DNA of 64,000 bases, from IMG/VR virus record IMGVR_UViG_3300042545_001134, positions 56,600-120,599 of that record, one strand, 5' to 3'. The stretch is from a virus. Under the pieces are notes generated by a model. It saw only the letters and a program-made list of their open reading frames with translations, was not told where the DNA came from and did no database searches. Made by a program: the position numbers and the translations under genes. Positions 25,851 to 35,708 of this stretch are shown piece by piece. Every line of letters starts with the position of its first letter. Position 1 is the first letter of the stretch.

Positions 25851-26228
25851 TTAATTGGAAACGATTAACTGGTCCACTATCATCTTGGCAGTGGCGTAGT
25901 TTGTTGCTAATGGTACTTCGTGAACATCACAAACTCTCATTAACATTTGTACATCGGGTTCATGGGGATGTCTATCCAACGGGTCTCTAAAGAATATAAC
26001 CGCAGTCATTTCTTTTCTTGCGACCATTGCTGCGATTTCAGCATCACCACCCATAGGACCTGAGTTGACTGTGTCCACTTTAGTTATGCCAGCAAACATA
26101 ATTCGTTTACCTGTTGTACCTGTGGCAACAATATCAACATCTTCTCGGTTGAAGAAATATAATCTCTTCATCACAAAGGCAACCATGTCCGCCTTCTTCC
26201 CATCATGGGCAATCAATGCAATCTTCAT
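25851..26228 (-). CDS. mgsA: Methylglyoxal synthase
   Basis: IALIAHDGKK..ATGTTGKRI..NSGPMGGDAEIAAMV..AVIFFRDPL..HPHEPDVQMLMRVCDVHEVPLATN shows near-motif-for-motif similarity to MgsA. Confidence 0.8.
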   Translation of the reverse strand: MKIALIAHDGKKADMVAFVMKRLYFFNREDVDIVATGTTGKRIMFAGITKVDTVNSGPMGGDAEIAAMVARKEMTAVIFFRDPLDRHPHEPDVQMLMRVCDVHEVPLATNYATAKMIVDQLIVSN

Positions 26229-26229
26229 A

Positions 26230-26709
26230 TTAATATAAGTAAAGTTTTATACCACAGAATAAGTTATGTTCGTTTTTCATATTCACATAACTTACTGAAG
26301 CATAAAATGGGTATGTTAGTTTATAGTCCGCACTTACTCTAAACATTGTTTTAGTATAGTCCCTAACATCAACACCCAACCCAATTGTTGGTACAAGTCT
26401 CTTAATGTCTTTATGTCTAAAAACATAGTTACCACCAACGTAAACATCATCACTGTATGCGTTAAAAACAAATGGTTCGTTGTTTACCATATACAAACCG
26501 GCGGACATTCTCCTGTGTCCAATTTCAATATTAGACATTCCGTACCTATTGGATAATGAATACCCAACTGAATAGAACGAACCACCACCTCTATTCCCGT
26601 AGGATAATGAGTAGTTGAACGCCTTTTGAAACGGTCTACTCAATAAAGATGATGGTTGCCCAAACAACTGTAGAGGTAAGATGAACAGTAATGTTATTAA
26701 TAATTTCAT
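26230..26709 (-). CDS. Putative outer-membrane beta-barrel protein (159 aa)
   Basis: Signal peptide MKLLITLLFILPLQLFG, alternating amphipathic strands, aromatic C-terminus. Confidence 0.4.
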   Translation of the reverse strand: MKLLITLLFILPLQLFGQPSSLLSRPFQKAFNYSLSYGNRGGGSFYSVGYSLSNRYGMSNIEIGHRRMSAGLYMVNNEPFVFNAYSDDVYVGGNYVFRHKDIKRLVPTIGLGVDVRDYTKTMFRVSADYKLTYPFYASVSYVNMKNEHNLFCGIKLYLY

Positions 26710-27104
26710 ACACTTTTGGGGTCGATTCCCACTTTAGCAAAAACATTTTCACATCTTTCTCTGAATACCGAATCAGTACCAAATAAATCTTCAAACGTTC
26801 TAATGGAATGAATGATTGTTGTGTGGTCTTTACCGCCCACCATCTCACCAATCTTCGCTAAAGAAAATCTCGTCTTTCTTTTAATAATGTACGCAATTAA
26901 ATGTCTTGATTCGACACACTCTCTCTTTCTTGAACGAGAGATAATTTGTTCTTTTGTTAATCCATAATCCCGACCAACAATTTCAAAAATTTGTTCTTCT
27001 GTAATAACCATTTTGGATTTCTTCAAATACGGATGTTTTCTTGAATCTAAAAATTCAATCTTCAAACCCGGATATATGTAAGGACTTATTTTTTTGTTAG
27101 GCAT
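26706..27104 (-). CDS. DnaA C-terminal (domain IV) helix-turn-helix protein
   Basis: ESRHLIAYIIKRKTRFSLAKIGEMVGGKDHTTIIHSIRTFEDL matches the DnaA_C signature ..GGRDHTTVLHA.RKI. Confidence 0.6.
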   Translation of the reverse strand: MPNKKISPYIYPGLKIEFLDSRKHPYLKKSKMVITEEQIFEIVGRDYGLTKEQIISRSRKRECVESRHLIAYIIKRKTRFSLAKIGEMVGGKDHTTIIHSIRTFEDLFGTDSVFRERCENVFAKVGIDPKSV

Positions 27105-27310
27105 TAATCAACAATTTTTCTGACGAAATAAGTGTGACCTGAGTCGGTATTGGCATTCAATAACTCGACCATTTTGTTTACCTCTTCTTCTGACTCAAAC
27201 TCTTCAACTTCACCTAGTGAATCATTCATAATGATGTTGATGTAGTGAGGTTCCCCGTCTCCGTGGAACTTGTTAGAAACCATTTTTTTTACGATGATGT
27301 ATTTTCCCAT
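27104..27310 (-). CDS. Small hypothetical protein (68 aa)
   Basis: ORF-track frame. Confidence 0.4.
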   Translation of the reverse strand: MGKYIIVKKMVSNKFHGDGEPHYINIIMNDSLGEVEEFESEEEVNKMVELLNANTDSGHTYFVRKIVD

Positions 27311-27311
27311 G

Positions 27312-27860
27312 TTATTTTGTTAAATAAAGTCTGTTGTGATTGTAAAGTGCAACGGGATTGTTGTCTGCAATTTCACCATACTTACTCATTACGTGTTCGT
27401 ATGCCAAATCCTGCGGTTCATTAATAACTTCCGATAAGATATTACAGAAACCAAAGTTAGATTCATCAACGGAATCTTGTTTTGTACCGGGTAAACCACA
27501 GTAGTATGCCTCCCCAACTTCGCTGATGAACATTCCACTATAGAAACCTTTCAATCCAAATGGTTGAACGAATCTATCGGCGTTACACCAAATGAATACT
27601 GAGTTGTCTTTCTCACTTAATACGGGTACAACGTTTTTATCAATAATGTATGGACCATACCCTTTGAATGTACCAACCGAGAACAAACCACCGGGTGAAC
27701 CGTGACCCATCATCATAACTCTATCGTGTTCTCTGATTAGTTCAATCAGTTCTTGTTGACTTACACCACCAGTTATTACTGTTTTGTTTGGTATAGGATT
27801 ATAGACAATATCCAAGAATGATGTTGAACTGTCTTTCGGATGTACTATTAATGTTTTCAT
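27312..27860 (-). CDS. Hypothetical protein (182 aa)
   Basis: ORF-track frame. Confidence 0.45.
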   Translation of the reverse strand: MKTLIVHPKDSSTSFLDIVYNPIPNKTVITGGVSQQELIELIREHDRVMMMGHGSPGGLFSVGTFKGYGPYIIDKNVVPVLSEKDNSVFIWCNADRFVQPFGLKGFYSGMFISEVGEAYYCGLPGTKQDSVDESNFGFCNILSEVINEPQDLAYEHVMSKYGEIADNNPVALYNHNRLYLTK

Positions 27861-27935
27861 TGTACAAAGGTATGTTTATTTTCGAATATTCCAAAAATAT
27901 TCTAATATTTTTATTATAAAACTATTTTGGTTATA

Positions 27936-28955
27936 TTAACCTCGAGCCATACCAATATCAAATCCTGTGTTATACGCTGCGGTGCCCCCTCTCATATCTC
28001 CAACAGTTAGTTCACCGTGATAACGATTTTCTACGCGCATATCAAGGGCAGACTCTTCAGTAACTTCCATATCAGTCGGACCTTCGTCAACCATAGGTGA
28101 TTCCATTGCCACTTCCATTGGTTCTTCACGAGATATGAGATATTTTTCTCGTCGATTCATAAGTTCCTCTTGTTTTTTCAAGTCTTCCTCACTTAATAAT
28201 AATAAGTTCGATACTGGATTCTTAAAAACTTCTTCTTTGATACATTCCATTATGAATAATGGTAATTCACTTTCAATTGAATCGATTCTTGTATCCGCTT
28301 GATTCCAAAATGAGAACTCAGGTTCAAGGTCTAACGATTTAAAACATGCAACTTTTAGACCTGTTACTTTGTTAATCATGTAAAGAAGGATTCCTCTCTT
28401 TGCATAACGAATAAAGTACTCAGGGTTATTCTCTTGAGTTGTACACCATTTAGTAGATGAACCATACTTACGAGACGAATGATAAGTTAAAGGTCTAAGA
28501 ACAATCCACTCATCATCTGAGTATATTACTTTGATTTGTTTTTCCAAATCTTTCTCAAGTGTCTTTACCTCAGCAATACCAGTTGCCACCATAATCTCAT
28601 CAAACGTACTGTAACGAGACAAATCACTTTGTTCAATCAAACCTCTTTCATTGTACTCACAAAACTTCATGAATGACTTCAAATCATTATGGTTAAACAT
28701 AATGTCAATGAAACGGTACATAAACATTAGTTGTAGTGGTGTGAAGTCACTAAGGTCCTCCTCACTAATTCCGTAGTCCTTTTTGTACGATGCGATAACT
28801 TCTTTTTGGTATTCATCAAGATTTTTAGTTTTCTTCATAACACGCATCAATGTCTCAACGTATTTTGTTTTTTTCTCAGGCACAAACAATTCAACAATGT
28901 CAATCATGTTGATGATGTGTTCAGGATTTGTTTTTAAGTTTCTAATTCGTGACAT
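27936..28955 (-). CDS. Hypothetical protein, TKWCTTQE-motif family (339 aa)
   Basis: Paralogue of 12670-13602. Confidence 0.5.
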   Translation of the reverse strand: MSRIRNLKTNPEHIINMIDIVELFVPEKKTKYVETLMRVMKKTKNLDEYQKEVIASYKKDYGISEEDLSDFTPLQLMFMYRFIDIMFNHNDLKSFMKFCEYNERGLIEQSDLSRYSTFDEIMVATGIAEVKTLEKDLEKQIKVIYSDDEWIVLRPLTYHSSRKYGSSTKWCTTQENNPEYFIRYAKRGILLYMINKVTGLKVACFKSLDLEPEFSFWNQADTRIDSIESELPLFIMECIKEEVFKNPVSNLLLLSEEDLKKQEELMNRREKYLISREEPMEVAMESPMVDEGPTDMEVTEESALDMRVENRYHGELTVGDMRGGTAAYNTGFDIGMARG

Positions 28956-28965
28956 AGTATATTTT

Positions 28966-29592
28966 TTAATAGTTCTTTCTTAATAATTCAATTACGTCCC
29001 ACGCATCCTCAAGTGCATTGTGCGTAACAATACCTTCAATGTTGGCTCGTTCTTTACATTTAGTTAGTGAGGGAATTGCCTCATCATTTGACCAATCAAC
29101 AAATAAAATTGATGGGTCGATTATTCTCGAACGAGTTCTTATTAATTTCTTCCACCACGGCAACTCTTCTAAGAATAACTTGTCAAAGGTACCAAAGTTC
29201 TTTCCGGCAACATTGATTGTAATTGGTTTAGTTTGTCCATTAATTACCAGTATAAAACCATCCCCATACCCATTATTGATTAAGAAATAATAGAATTCTT
29301 TTACAACTTCATCTTCAGTATAAAATTTATATCCACTATTATTATTTAATAGTTCTCTAACTTCATCTTTACCCTCAAGATATTCACCCATCATAGAGAT
29401 AATGTTACTATTCATAGTGATTGCTCTTGGTGAACCTTGAATATTGTTTTGAATTACTATTGCGTTGAACTTGGGTAGTTCCTCGTAAGGTAATTTCTTA
29501 GTGGTGTCTTCGATGATTGCACCGATAGATAGGACATTGTTCATATCAGGATTTAAACCTGATGTTTCGATATCAATTGATACATATAACAT
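28966..29592 (-). CDS. DEDD-family 3'-5' exonuclease
   Basis: Exo I motif SIDIETSGL and Exo III-like THNALEDAWD. Confidence 0.65.
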   Translation of the reverse strand: MLYVSIDIETSGLNPDMNNVLSIGAIIEDTTKKLPYEELPKFNAIVIQNNIQGSPRAITMNSNIISMMGEYLEGKDEVRELLNNNSGYKFYTEDEVVKEFYYFLINNGYGDGFILVINGQTKPITINVAGKNFGTFDKLFLEELPWWKKLIRTRSRIIDPSILFVDWSNDEAIPSLTKCKERANIEGIVTHNALEDAWDVIELLRKNY

Positions 29593-29783
29593 TAGTCTAA
29601 GGATTTAATTATCATTACGAATATGATGAATAGAATAATGAGCGCAAAACCACCCCACAAAGGTGCGGTTACCCACCACCAAGACCAATCAATAAAACCC
29701 GTAAGTTTAAGGGTCATGAAAATTAAAAACATCAGTCCGAAGAAACCTATCCCCCCTGATGAACTTGAATTACTGTTCGACAT
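29592..29783 (-). CDS. Small two-TM membrane protein (holin-like topology)
   Basis: FFGLMFLIFMTLKL..WWWVTAPLWGGFALIILFIIFVMII. Confidence 0.4.
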   Translation of the reverse strand: MSNSNSSSSGGIGFFGLMFLIFMTLKLTGFIDWSWWWVTAPLWGGFALIILFIIFVMIIKSLD

Positions 29784-30258
29784 TTTTTTTAAAATTATAT
29801 TTGGTTGTTAATATTTCAATTGTTTTCTCTGCGGATGTGTGTTGTATACCAATACCACCGGCACCAATCCAACCATCGATATTATCTTTTCTATCGTCAA
29901 TTAGAATTGAATTTGGTTCCGCGAAATCTTTCTTGTGTTTAGCACTTCTAAGAATAAGTTGTGTGCCAGGTAATTCTCTTTCAACCCAATCATGTTTGGC
30001 AACACGAGAATCATTCTGCCTTGATGGGGCAGATAAAATAAAGGGGTTATGTGGTTTAATAAAATCCCACAAGATGTGACCATCGTTCATCCATTTTAAG
30101 TTAATCCAAAAGTCATAACCGGCAGAATTAATCGGGTCCCAAAAATTAGTATCGTTTCGATGTTCACCATCCAAATCGTGACCGGTTAAATTCTTATATC
30201 CTTTATTGAAATCAATAAGGACACCATCAAGGTCACAGTATATTTTATAATCACCCAT
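29770..30258 (-). CDS. 5'(3')-deoxyribonucleotidase (NT5C/HAD-like)
   Basis: N-terminal KIYCDLDGVLIDF HAD motif I and NT5C-like length. Confidence 0.55.
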   Translation of the reverse strand: MGDYKIYCDLDGVLIDFNKGYKNLTGHDLDGEHRNDTNFWDPINSAGYDFWINLKWMNDGHILWDFIKPHNPFILSAPSRQNDSRVAKHDWVERELPGTQLILRSAKHKKDFAEPNSILIDDRKDNIDGWIGAGGIGIQHTSAEKTIEILTTKYNFKKNVEQ

Positions 30259-30301
30259 ATTTTAGAGATGTTTTTACAAATATACAAAAATGTTTTTAAA
30301 T

Positions 30302-30330
30302 AAAAAAACTGGTAAGTATTATTTACCAGT
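30302..30330 (-). terminator. Rho-independent terminator (minus strand)
   Basis: CTGGTAA-gtattat-TTACCAG hairpin with a U-tract on the minus strand. It overlaps the last codons of 30323-30661. Confidence 0.55.
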
Positions 30331-30661
30331 TTTCGTCATCGTCATCACCAAAGTCGTCTTTAAAATCGTCATCTTCATAATCATCCTCCTCATCAACATG
30401 TTCGTCCTCCAATTCTTCAATTAGTGATTCATATACTAAATCCTCACTTACCCAATCAGGTAGGTCTTCATCTGTGTTTGATTCATAATTTTTAATGTCG
30501 ATATCCTCACGATTAATATAGTTTGAGTCTCCGTAAGAATCTTCAATTATTTCGGGTTCATTGTACCACGAGTAACTTACATATACCTCGGCTTCGTCAG
30601 AACTATTAGGGTCGTATATTGTGACAACTTTAGTATTCAGTCCTTTTTTTGATTTTCCCAT
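30323..30661 (-). CDS. Highly acidic hypothetical protein (112 aa)
   Basis: C-terminal D/E-rich tail. Confidence 0.45.
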   Translation of the reverse strand: MGKSKKGLNTKVVTIYDPNSSDEAEVYVSYSWYNEPEIIEDSYGDSNYINREDIDIKNYESNTDEDLPDWVSEDLVYESLIEELEDEHVDEEDDYEDDDFKDDFGDDDDENW

Positions 30662-30689
30662 AGTTTAAATTAAGATATTTATTAATAGA

Positions 30690-31238
30690 ATGTTCAAATA
30701 TATATCTGTAATATTATCAAAATTCACTCAAGGTCAAAGAATTATTGCCCTGTTGTTATTATTATTGTCTATAACATTCATTTCTATTGGTCCAAAAATA
30801 GTGGAATCGTTAACTTACAGTGATGTGGAATTGAAATCAAAAGTAGAGTCTCAAACCACACAAATACTTGAATTGAACGACAGAGTAACTGAATTAAATA
30901 CTCAAATTATATCCAACCAAAGACAATGTACAGATGCAATTGTTGAAAGAGAAAAAGAAATCATGGGTGAGATTATTGCACTTGAGGGTAGGGTTAAACA
31001 ACAAACCAATCCACTTGGTGGGTCCGATAATGGTCGTGAGAATGGTTCGGGTACACCACATCAAAGAATGTCGATGAAAACGATAGATACGGTAAACATG
31101 GAAATGATTGTTCTCGAGTCTACACCTCCACCACCCATACAGAAAGAAAAGACCCAACCAACATCATTGATGTTAGATGGGCTAAGTAAAATTAAAAAGA
31201 ATCTAAATAATAGTATTAATTCAAAGAAAAAGAATTAA
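30690..31238 (+). CDS. Membrane-anchored coiled-coil hypothetical protein (182 aa)
   Basis: N-terminal TM helix followed by heptad-like segments. Confidence 0.45.
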   Translation: MFKYISVILSKFTQGQRIIALLLLLLSITFISIGPKIVESLTYSDVELKSKVESQTTQILELNDRVTELNTQIISNQRQCTDAIVEREKEIMGEIIALEGRVKQQTNPLGGSDNGRENGSGTPHQRMSMKTIDTVNMEMIVLESTPPPPIQKEKTQPTSLMLDGLSKIKKNLNNSINSKKKN

Positions 31239-31474
31239 TTTCCTTTAGCAACAACTTCGGGGTTATCGGTATGTGCGTCTTTCACAACATAAAAATTACC
31301 TTCTTCGTCTTGCGCCAAACTTAATAGAACCGCTTGTTCTTCTTCATAACTATCAGCACCCGGTAACTCCTCAGGTTGAACCTTAGTATCGAAATCATCG
31401 AATTCAGCCTCTTTTATTGTCTTTTTTACGATGTTCTCGATATCTGAAATACTCAATTTAACTATTTTAGCCAT
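31235..31474 (-). CDS. Small acidic hypothetical protein (79 aa)
   Basis: ORF-track frame. Confidence 0.4.
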   Translation of the reverse strand: MAKIVKLSISDIENIVKKTIKEAEFDDFDTKVQPEELPGADSYEEEQAVLLSLAQDEEGNFYVVKDAHTDNPEVVAKGN

Positions 31475-31510
31475 GATGTGTTGTTTTATATATAAATATC
31501 ATTTAAAATG

Positions 31511-31531
31511 AAAAACCCCTCCGAAGAGGGG
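31511..31531 (-). terminator. Rho-independent terminator (minus strand)
   Basis: CCCCTC-cgaa-GAGGGG followed by UUUUU on the minus strand, directly downstream of 31538-32461. Confidence 0.7.
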
Positions 31532-31537
31532 TTGTTA

Positions 31538-32461
31538 TTATTTAATACCTATCATTGAACTAGTTTTGTCCCCTAACATCGTTTCGGGTAACTTACCATT
31601 CCATTTGTTAATCCACTCAAGTTGTAACAACATAGGGGTAATTGTCTTTTGTTTTAGACTGTTTGCCTCTGCCTCAGCCTTCGCTGCGGTTAACATTGCC
31701 TGAGCGTTACCGTTGGCGGTTGCGATTTTAATCTTAGCCTGAGCCTCAGCAGTTTTAACTTGATTTTCAGCCATCAAAGAACTTTGTACGGCATTATTCT
31801 TAGCCTCGATTGACTTTTTAAATGTCTCAGGATAAATCAAATTAGAAGTGAATTGATTAATAACAAATCCTTCTTTTTGTAATTGACTCTCCAACAATCT
31901 ACGAACCTCGACTTCAAACACCGCTCTATTTGATATGAGTTCATCTGCGGTATACTTATTGGTTGCCAAACGGAACGCATCGTACACTGCGGTCTTTAAA
32001 AATCCCTCCTCAATCTCGGGTAATGACCTACGATATTTCGCGAAGATGAATGGGACTCTTTCTCGTTGAACCGAATAGTTCACAATTGGGGATACATGGA
32101 ATTCACTACCGTCTTTTGAGTTAACGATAAATGAGTTATCCGCATCTTCTGTCTTGGTGTATTCTTTGTGTTGGATGTAAATCGGGAACTCATAAATTTT
32201 TGTAGTTAATGGATTGTAAAACACCATACCGGTACATTCCGTAACATCATCCACTCCTTTACCTGTTCCATAAAGATTAACTTTAACACCTACGTGTCCT
32301 GCATCGATTCTCTCACATGAGAAGAATAACGTGATAAGTAGAATAAATCCTACGACTCCTAAAATAATTGATTTCATTGTTTTTTTTCTTTTTATTTGTT
32401 CTTGTAATTTACGTTCTTGACGTTCCTTTTCTTGTTGTAAATAATAATTCTGGTAATCCAT
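31538..32461 (-). CDS. SPFH/band-7 (prohibitin/flotillin-like) membrane protein
   Basis: N-terminal TM helix, SPFH-like core, C-terminal alanine-rich coiled coil AEAQAKIKIATANGNAQA. Confidence 0.6.
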   Translation of the reverse strand: MDYQNYYLQQEKERQERKLQEQIKRKKTMKSIILGVVGFILLITLFFSCERIDAGHVGVKVNLYGTGKGVDDVTECTGMVFYNPLTTKIYEFPIYIQHKEYTKTEDADNSFIVNSKDGSEFHVSPIVNYSVQRERVPFIFAKYRRSLPEIEEGFLKTAVYDAFRLATNKYTADELISNRAVFEVEVRRLLESQLQKEGFVINQFTSNLIYPETFKKSIEAKNNAVQSSLMAENQVKTAEAQAKIKIATANGNAQAMLTAAKAEAEANSLKQKTITPMLLQLEWINKWNGKLPETMLGDKTSSMIGIK

Positions 32462-32467
32462 TTATGT

Positions 32468-32842
32468 TTATTTTTTTGGTTTATTTATTACCTCCGTTTT
32501 TGGTTTTCTTTTTTTCTTTGGTTTGACAAAAACAATTTCGGGATAATAATCCAACTCCGTTTCAGGTTCTTTATCGGGTTCAGGTTCGAACAATGGATGT
32601 ACCTTTGGTGTGGTATCCAAAAACGTTACCTTAACATAATATATTACAAATAATAGTACGAACACCGCACCGATACCCGAAAGAATATTATACAATGTGT
32701 TTGCCACGGTTAAACCGGGGAAGATAATAAATTGGAAAAATCCAATTACCCCAGTCATTACAAAGAACGATTGTAAAATTGGGGATTTGATTAGTTCAGA
32801 GAAAACTTTTTTCATGATTGTTTGGTTTTTTAAAATATACAA
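32468..32842 (-). CDS. Membrane protein with basic C-terminus (124 aa)
   Basis: Two TM helices and a KKKRKPK tail. Confidence 0.45.
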   Translation of the reverse strand: MYILKNQTIMKKVFSELIKSPILQSFFVMTGVIGFFQFIIFPGLTVANTLYNILSGIGAVFVLLFVIYYVKVTFLDTTPKVHPLFEPEPDKEPETELDYYPEIVFVKPKKKRKPKTEVINKPKK

Positions 32843-32863
32843 ATTAATTTTTAATTTTCCAAA

Positions 32864-33520
32864 TTACCCAACAACATTTTTCATGTCATCATTGTGATGG
32901 TCAAGAGGTCCCATCTCAGAACCAATTGGTACTTTTAACATTGGGTTCATTACCTCATGAACAAAGTCATATGGTCTAAACTCGGGATGTCCGTCCATAC
33001 CAACATCCATTCTTCTTCCACCACTAACCTTAGCGTGATGAGGTAGGTGACAATGACCATGTAAATGGATACGACCTTTTCTTAGATTGTTCCAAGATGT
33101 GATTGGGTAATGTAACATCTCAAATGAATGACCTTGGTATTCAAGTCTATTGTAGTGACTAACACTGGCAAATAAACTCTTACAGTTTTCACGATTTCTT
33201 TCAATGTGATGGTCATGATTACCTAACAAGATATGAATCTCTTGACAGATGATTCTATTTCTGAATTCCGCAATGTTCTCGAACCCACCGAATGACCAAT
33301 CACCCAAGTGAATCAACACATCATCTTGACCAACAACTTCATTGATGTTGTTTACAATCGCAGCGTTCATCTTATCAAGAGTTGCGAAATCTCTTGTTTG
33401 ACTAACGGGAATACTACCGTCGGGCATTCTCCAATTAGTAATTCCTCTACATATATTAGTATGTGAGTAATGTGTGTCAGATGTTATCCAAACCTTTCTA
33501 CTATTATCTATCCTTAACAT
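32864..33520 (-). CDS. Calcineurin-like metallophosphoesterase
   Basis: HLGDWSFGG..GNHDHH..GHCH motifs. Confidence 0.55.
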   Translation of the reverse strand: MLRIDNSRKVWITSDTHYSHTNICRGITNWRMPDGSIPVSQTRDFATLDKMNAAIVNNINEVVGQDDVLIHLGDWSFGGFENIAEFRNRIICQEIHILLGNHDHHIERNRENCKSLFASVSHYNRLEYQGHSFEMLHYPITSWNNLRKGRIHLHGHCHLPHHAKVSGGRRMDVGMDGHPEFRPYDFVHEVMNPMLKVPIGSEMGPLDHHNDDMKNVVG

Positions 33521-33521
33521 A

Positions 33522-34094
33522 TCAACTAAATTCTGTTGATGTACTTACACGAAGTCCATCGATTATTAAATCATCATATTTTTCATTATCCATCCAAAAG
33601 GCACCATGACCTTTTGCTCTTTGTTCTTTACGATATTCTTCGTTGACAACCCAACCATCGGGTTCACCCCATTCGAGTGCCATGGTAATAAACTCTTCAA
33701 CATTTTCTTCTTCACCATATTCATCTACAACCCTACCTGAACGAATGAACGATAAAAGTTCTTCCTTATTGGAATAATATTTGTCCTTGTGAAAATTCCA
33801 ACAGAACTTCCATCCACCACTTCGTTTACCTAAATGAATATTGGTACCATCGAGAAAATCATCCCAAACAGAAATAGAGTCCCAAGAATCTTCTTTAGTT
33901 ACGCGGAATCCCCTTTCAATATTACTCGGAGTTAAATCTAAATCCATAACTCGTTGGATAAGAACCTTTTTTCTTTCGTCCATCTCACTCTCAAGTGGTA
34001 TATGGTAATAGTTTGTGCCCATAATAATTATATTATGATACAAAGATAAAAAATAATTTCGAATATTCCAAATAATAGCAAAAAAAATCCCCAA
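33522..34094 (-). CDS. Hypothetical protein (190 aa)
   Basis: ORF-track frame. Confidence 0.45.
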   Translation of the reverse strand: MGIFFAIIWNIRNYFLSLYHNIIIMGTNYYHIPLESEMDERKKVLIQRVMDLDLTPSNIERGFRVTKEDSWDSISVWDDFLDGTNIHLGKRSGGWKFCWNFHKDKYYSNKEELLSFIRSGRVVDEYGEEENVEEFITMALEWGEPDGWVVNEEYRKEQRAKGHGAFWMDNEKYDDLIIDGLRVSTSTEFS

Positions 34095-34130
34095 TTTCTT
34101 GAGGATTCTTATTTTATGGGGGAATTGTAA

Positions 34131-34475
34131 TTATTCTTGTACGTAATTTTCGAAAGTTAAATCAGGATTTTCAGTTGAGAATTTACTAATTAAGTAGTCT
34201 TGAACCGATGACAATAACATTTCATATGGGTCAGTTAATGACACATCAAAACTTAATTCCGCTCTGTCAATGTTATTAATGGTAAATTGTGAAACCGTCA
34301 CCAATTGTAGTGAGGTTACATCGGCCGGATTAGTAACTTCTTTTTCAACACATAGTTGACACTGAATATCTAATCTACCCATAGGTATTTGTTGAACGTT
34401 TAATGCGATAACTGCATCTTTAATATAACTGTCGTTGTTTGGGTTTGGAAAGAATCCGTTTACTTGTATTGCCAT
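34131..34475 (-). CDS. Hypothetical protein (114 aa)
   Basis: ORF-track frame. Confidence 0.45.
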   Translation of the reverse strand: MAIQVNGFFPNPNNDSYIKDAVIALNVQQIPMGRLDIQCQLCVEKEVTNPADVTSLQLVTVSQFTINNIDRAELSFDVSLTDPYEMLLSSVQDYLISKFSTENPDLTFENYVQE

Positions 34476-34481
34476 AATATT

Positions 34482-35660
34482 TTATTTCTTTAATTTAGTT
34501 ATCACTCGTTGAACTAATCTGTTTTTAATACTTTCATTAACATCTCTCTTAATTTGGTATTGTTTAACGTTAGCGACTTTTAATGTTTCTTTAGGGTCGA
34601 TTGCCTCGATTTGTGATTTTAATTCCTCAATGGCTTCCATCAATGCGTTAATCACATTGATATCATCCATTACAGTATATGAATTACCATATTCTTTTCT
34701 TGGGTCAAGTTGTGCAGTTTTAGATACTTGGAAGATTTTGTCATCAAGGAAACCACCTCTTAAACCACTCTCTTCTTTCATCTTTTTACCAATCTTGTTT
34801 GTCATTTTAACATTCCACGCAAAACTCTCACCCATTCTTTCACCACTGATTTGAAAATCCATACGAATAGAAACGTCAATGTTCTTTTCTTCAAGACCAA
34901 ACGCATCTAATTTATAGACATCTGTTTTACCAGCGTATTGTTTTTGGTTCTTCTTGTCTGCTGCCCAATTTCTATAGTTTTGGTTAAATTGTCTAGCCAA
35001 GTAATAAGTTTTCATTTCAGGAGTATCTCCACCTTTAACACGTGCAATTGCCGCCTTTAAGAAATCTTGTAACGATTCATAACCGTTGTAGTTATGTGTT
35101 TCGTAATTGATTTTATTGTTATCGTATCGACCGTACATACTAATATGTCTCCTGTCTCTAGCAACGATTGTTGGGATACTTCTTTTGTTAAGAATTTCAC
35201 TGAACTCTTGGTCCCCGAATTCTGTATCAACGATAGAAAATAGTTTTCTTTTGATTTTTTCTCCTTCTGACATATTTTCACCTGAGTGAATATATGATGT
35301 ATCGATAGAACCTTCTTCATCACCTTCTCCACCCGGTAAAGGTTTTACATCCAACTTTCTTCTTGGTTGACATGCCGGTAAATTACCTTGTTCCCATTTA
35401 AGATTTACTCCGAACTTTTCTTTTAGTTCGTCCATCAACTCAGAATTTTCTTCAATGAATTGATTAATATCACTACCACAAGTGAATAAAATTGGGGTTC
35501 CTTGTACATTCCATCCTACAAGATTGTTGGTCTTATCCATTATCTTTTCGAATTTTTTGGTTATCCCGCTCATTTTTTTCCAATCGGCCATCTCACCCAT
35601 ATCTGTAGTGATAGATTCAAAAATGAGATTTTTTAAATATTTTTTGGTTTTATTGTCCAT
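34482..35660 (-). CDS. Hypothetical protein (392 aa)
   Basis: ORF-track frame. Confidence 0.5.
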   Translation of the reverse strand: MDNKTKKYLKNLIFESITTDMGEMADWKKMSGITKKFEKIMDKTNNLVGWNVQGTPILFTCGSDINQFIEENSELMDELKEKFGVNLKWEQGNLPACQPRRKLDVKPLPGGEGDEEGSIDTSYIHSGENMSEGEKIKRKLFSIVDTEFGDQEFSEILNKRSIPTIVARDRRHISMYGRYDNNKINYETHNYNGYESLQDFLKAAIARVKGGDTPEMKTYYLARQFNQNYRNWAADKKNQKQYAGKTDVYKLDAFGLEEKNIDVSIRMDFQISGERMGESFAWNVKMTNKIGKKMKEESGLRGGFLDDKIFQVSKTAQLDPRKEYGNSYTVMDDINVINALMEAIEELKSQIEAIDPKETLKVANVKQYQIKRDVNESIKNRLVQRVITKLKK

Positions 35661-35708
35661 TTAACGATACTTTTTTCTTATATATAAATACAACCGAAAT
35701 GGTTATTG

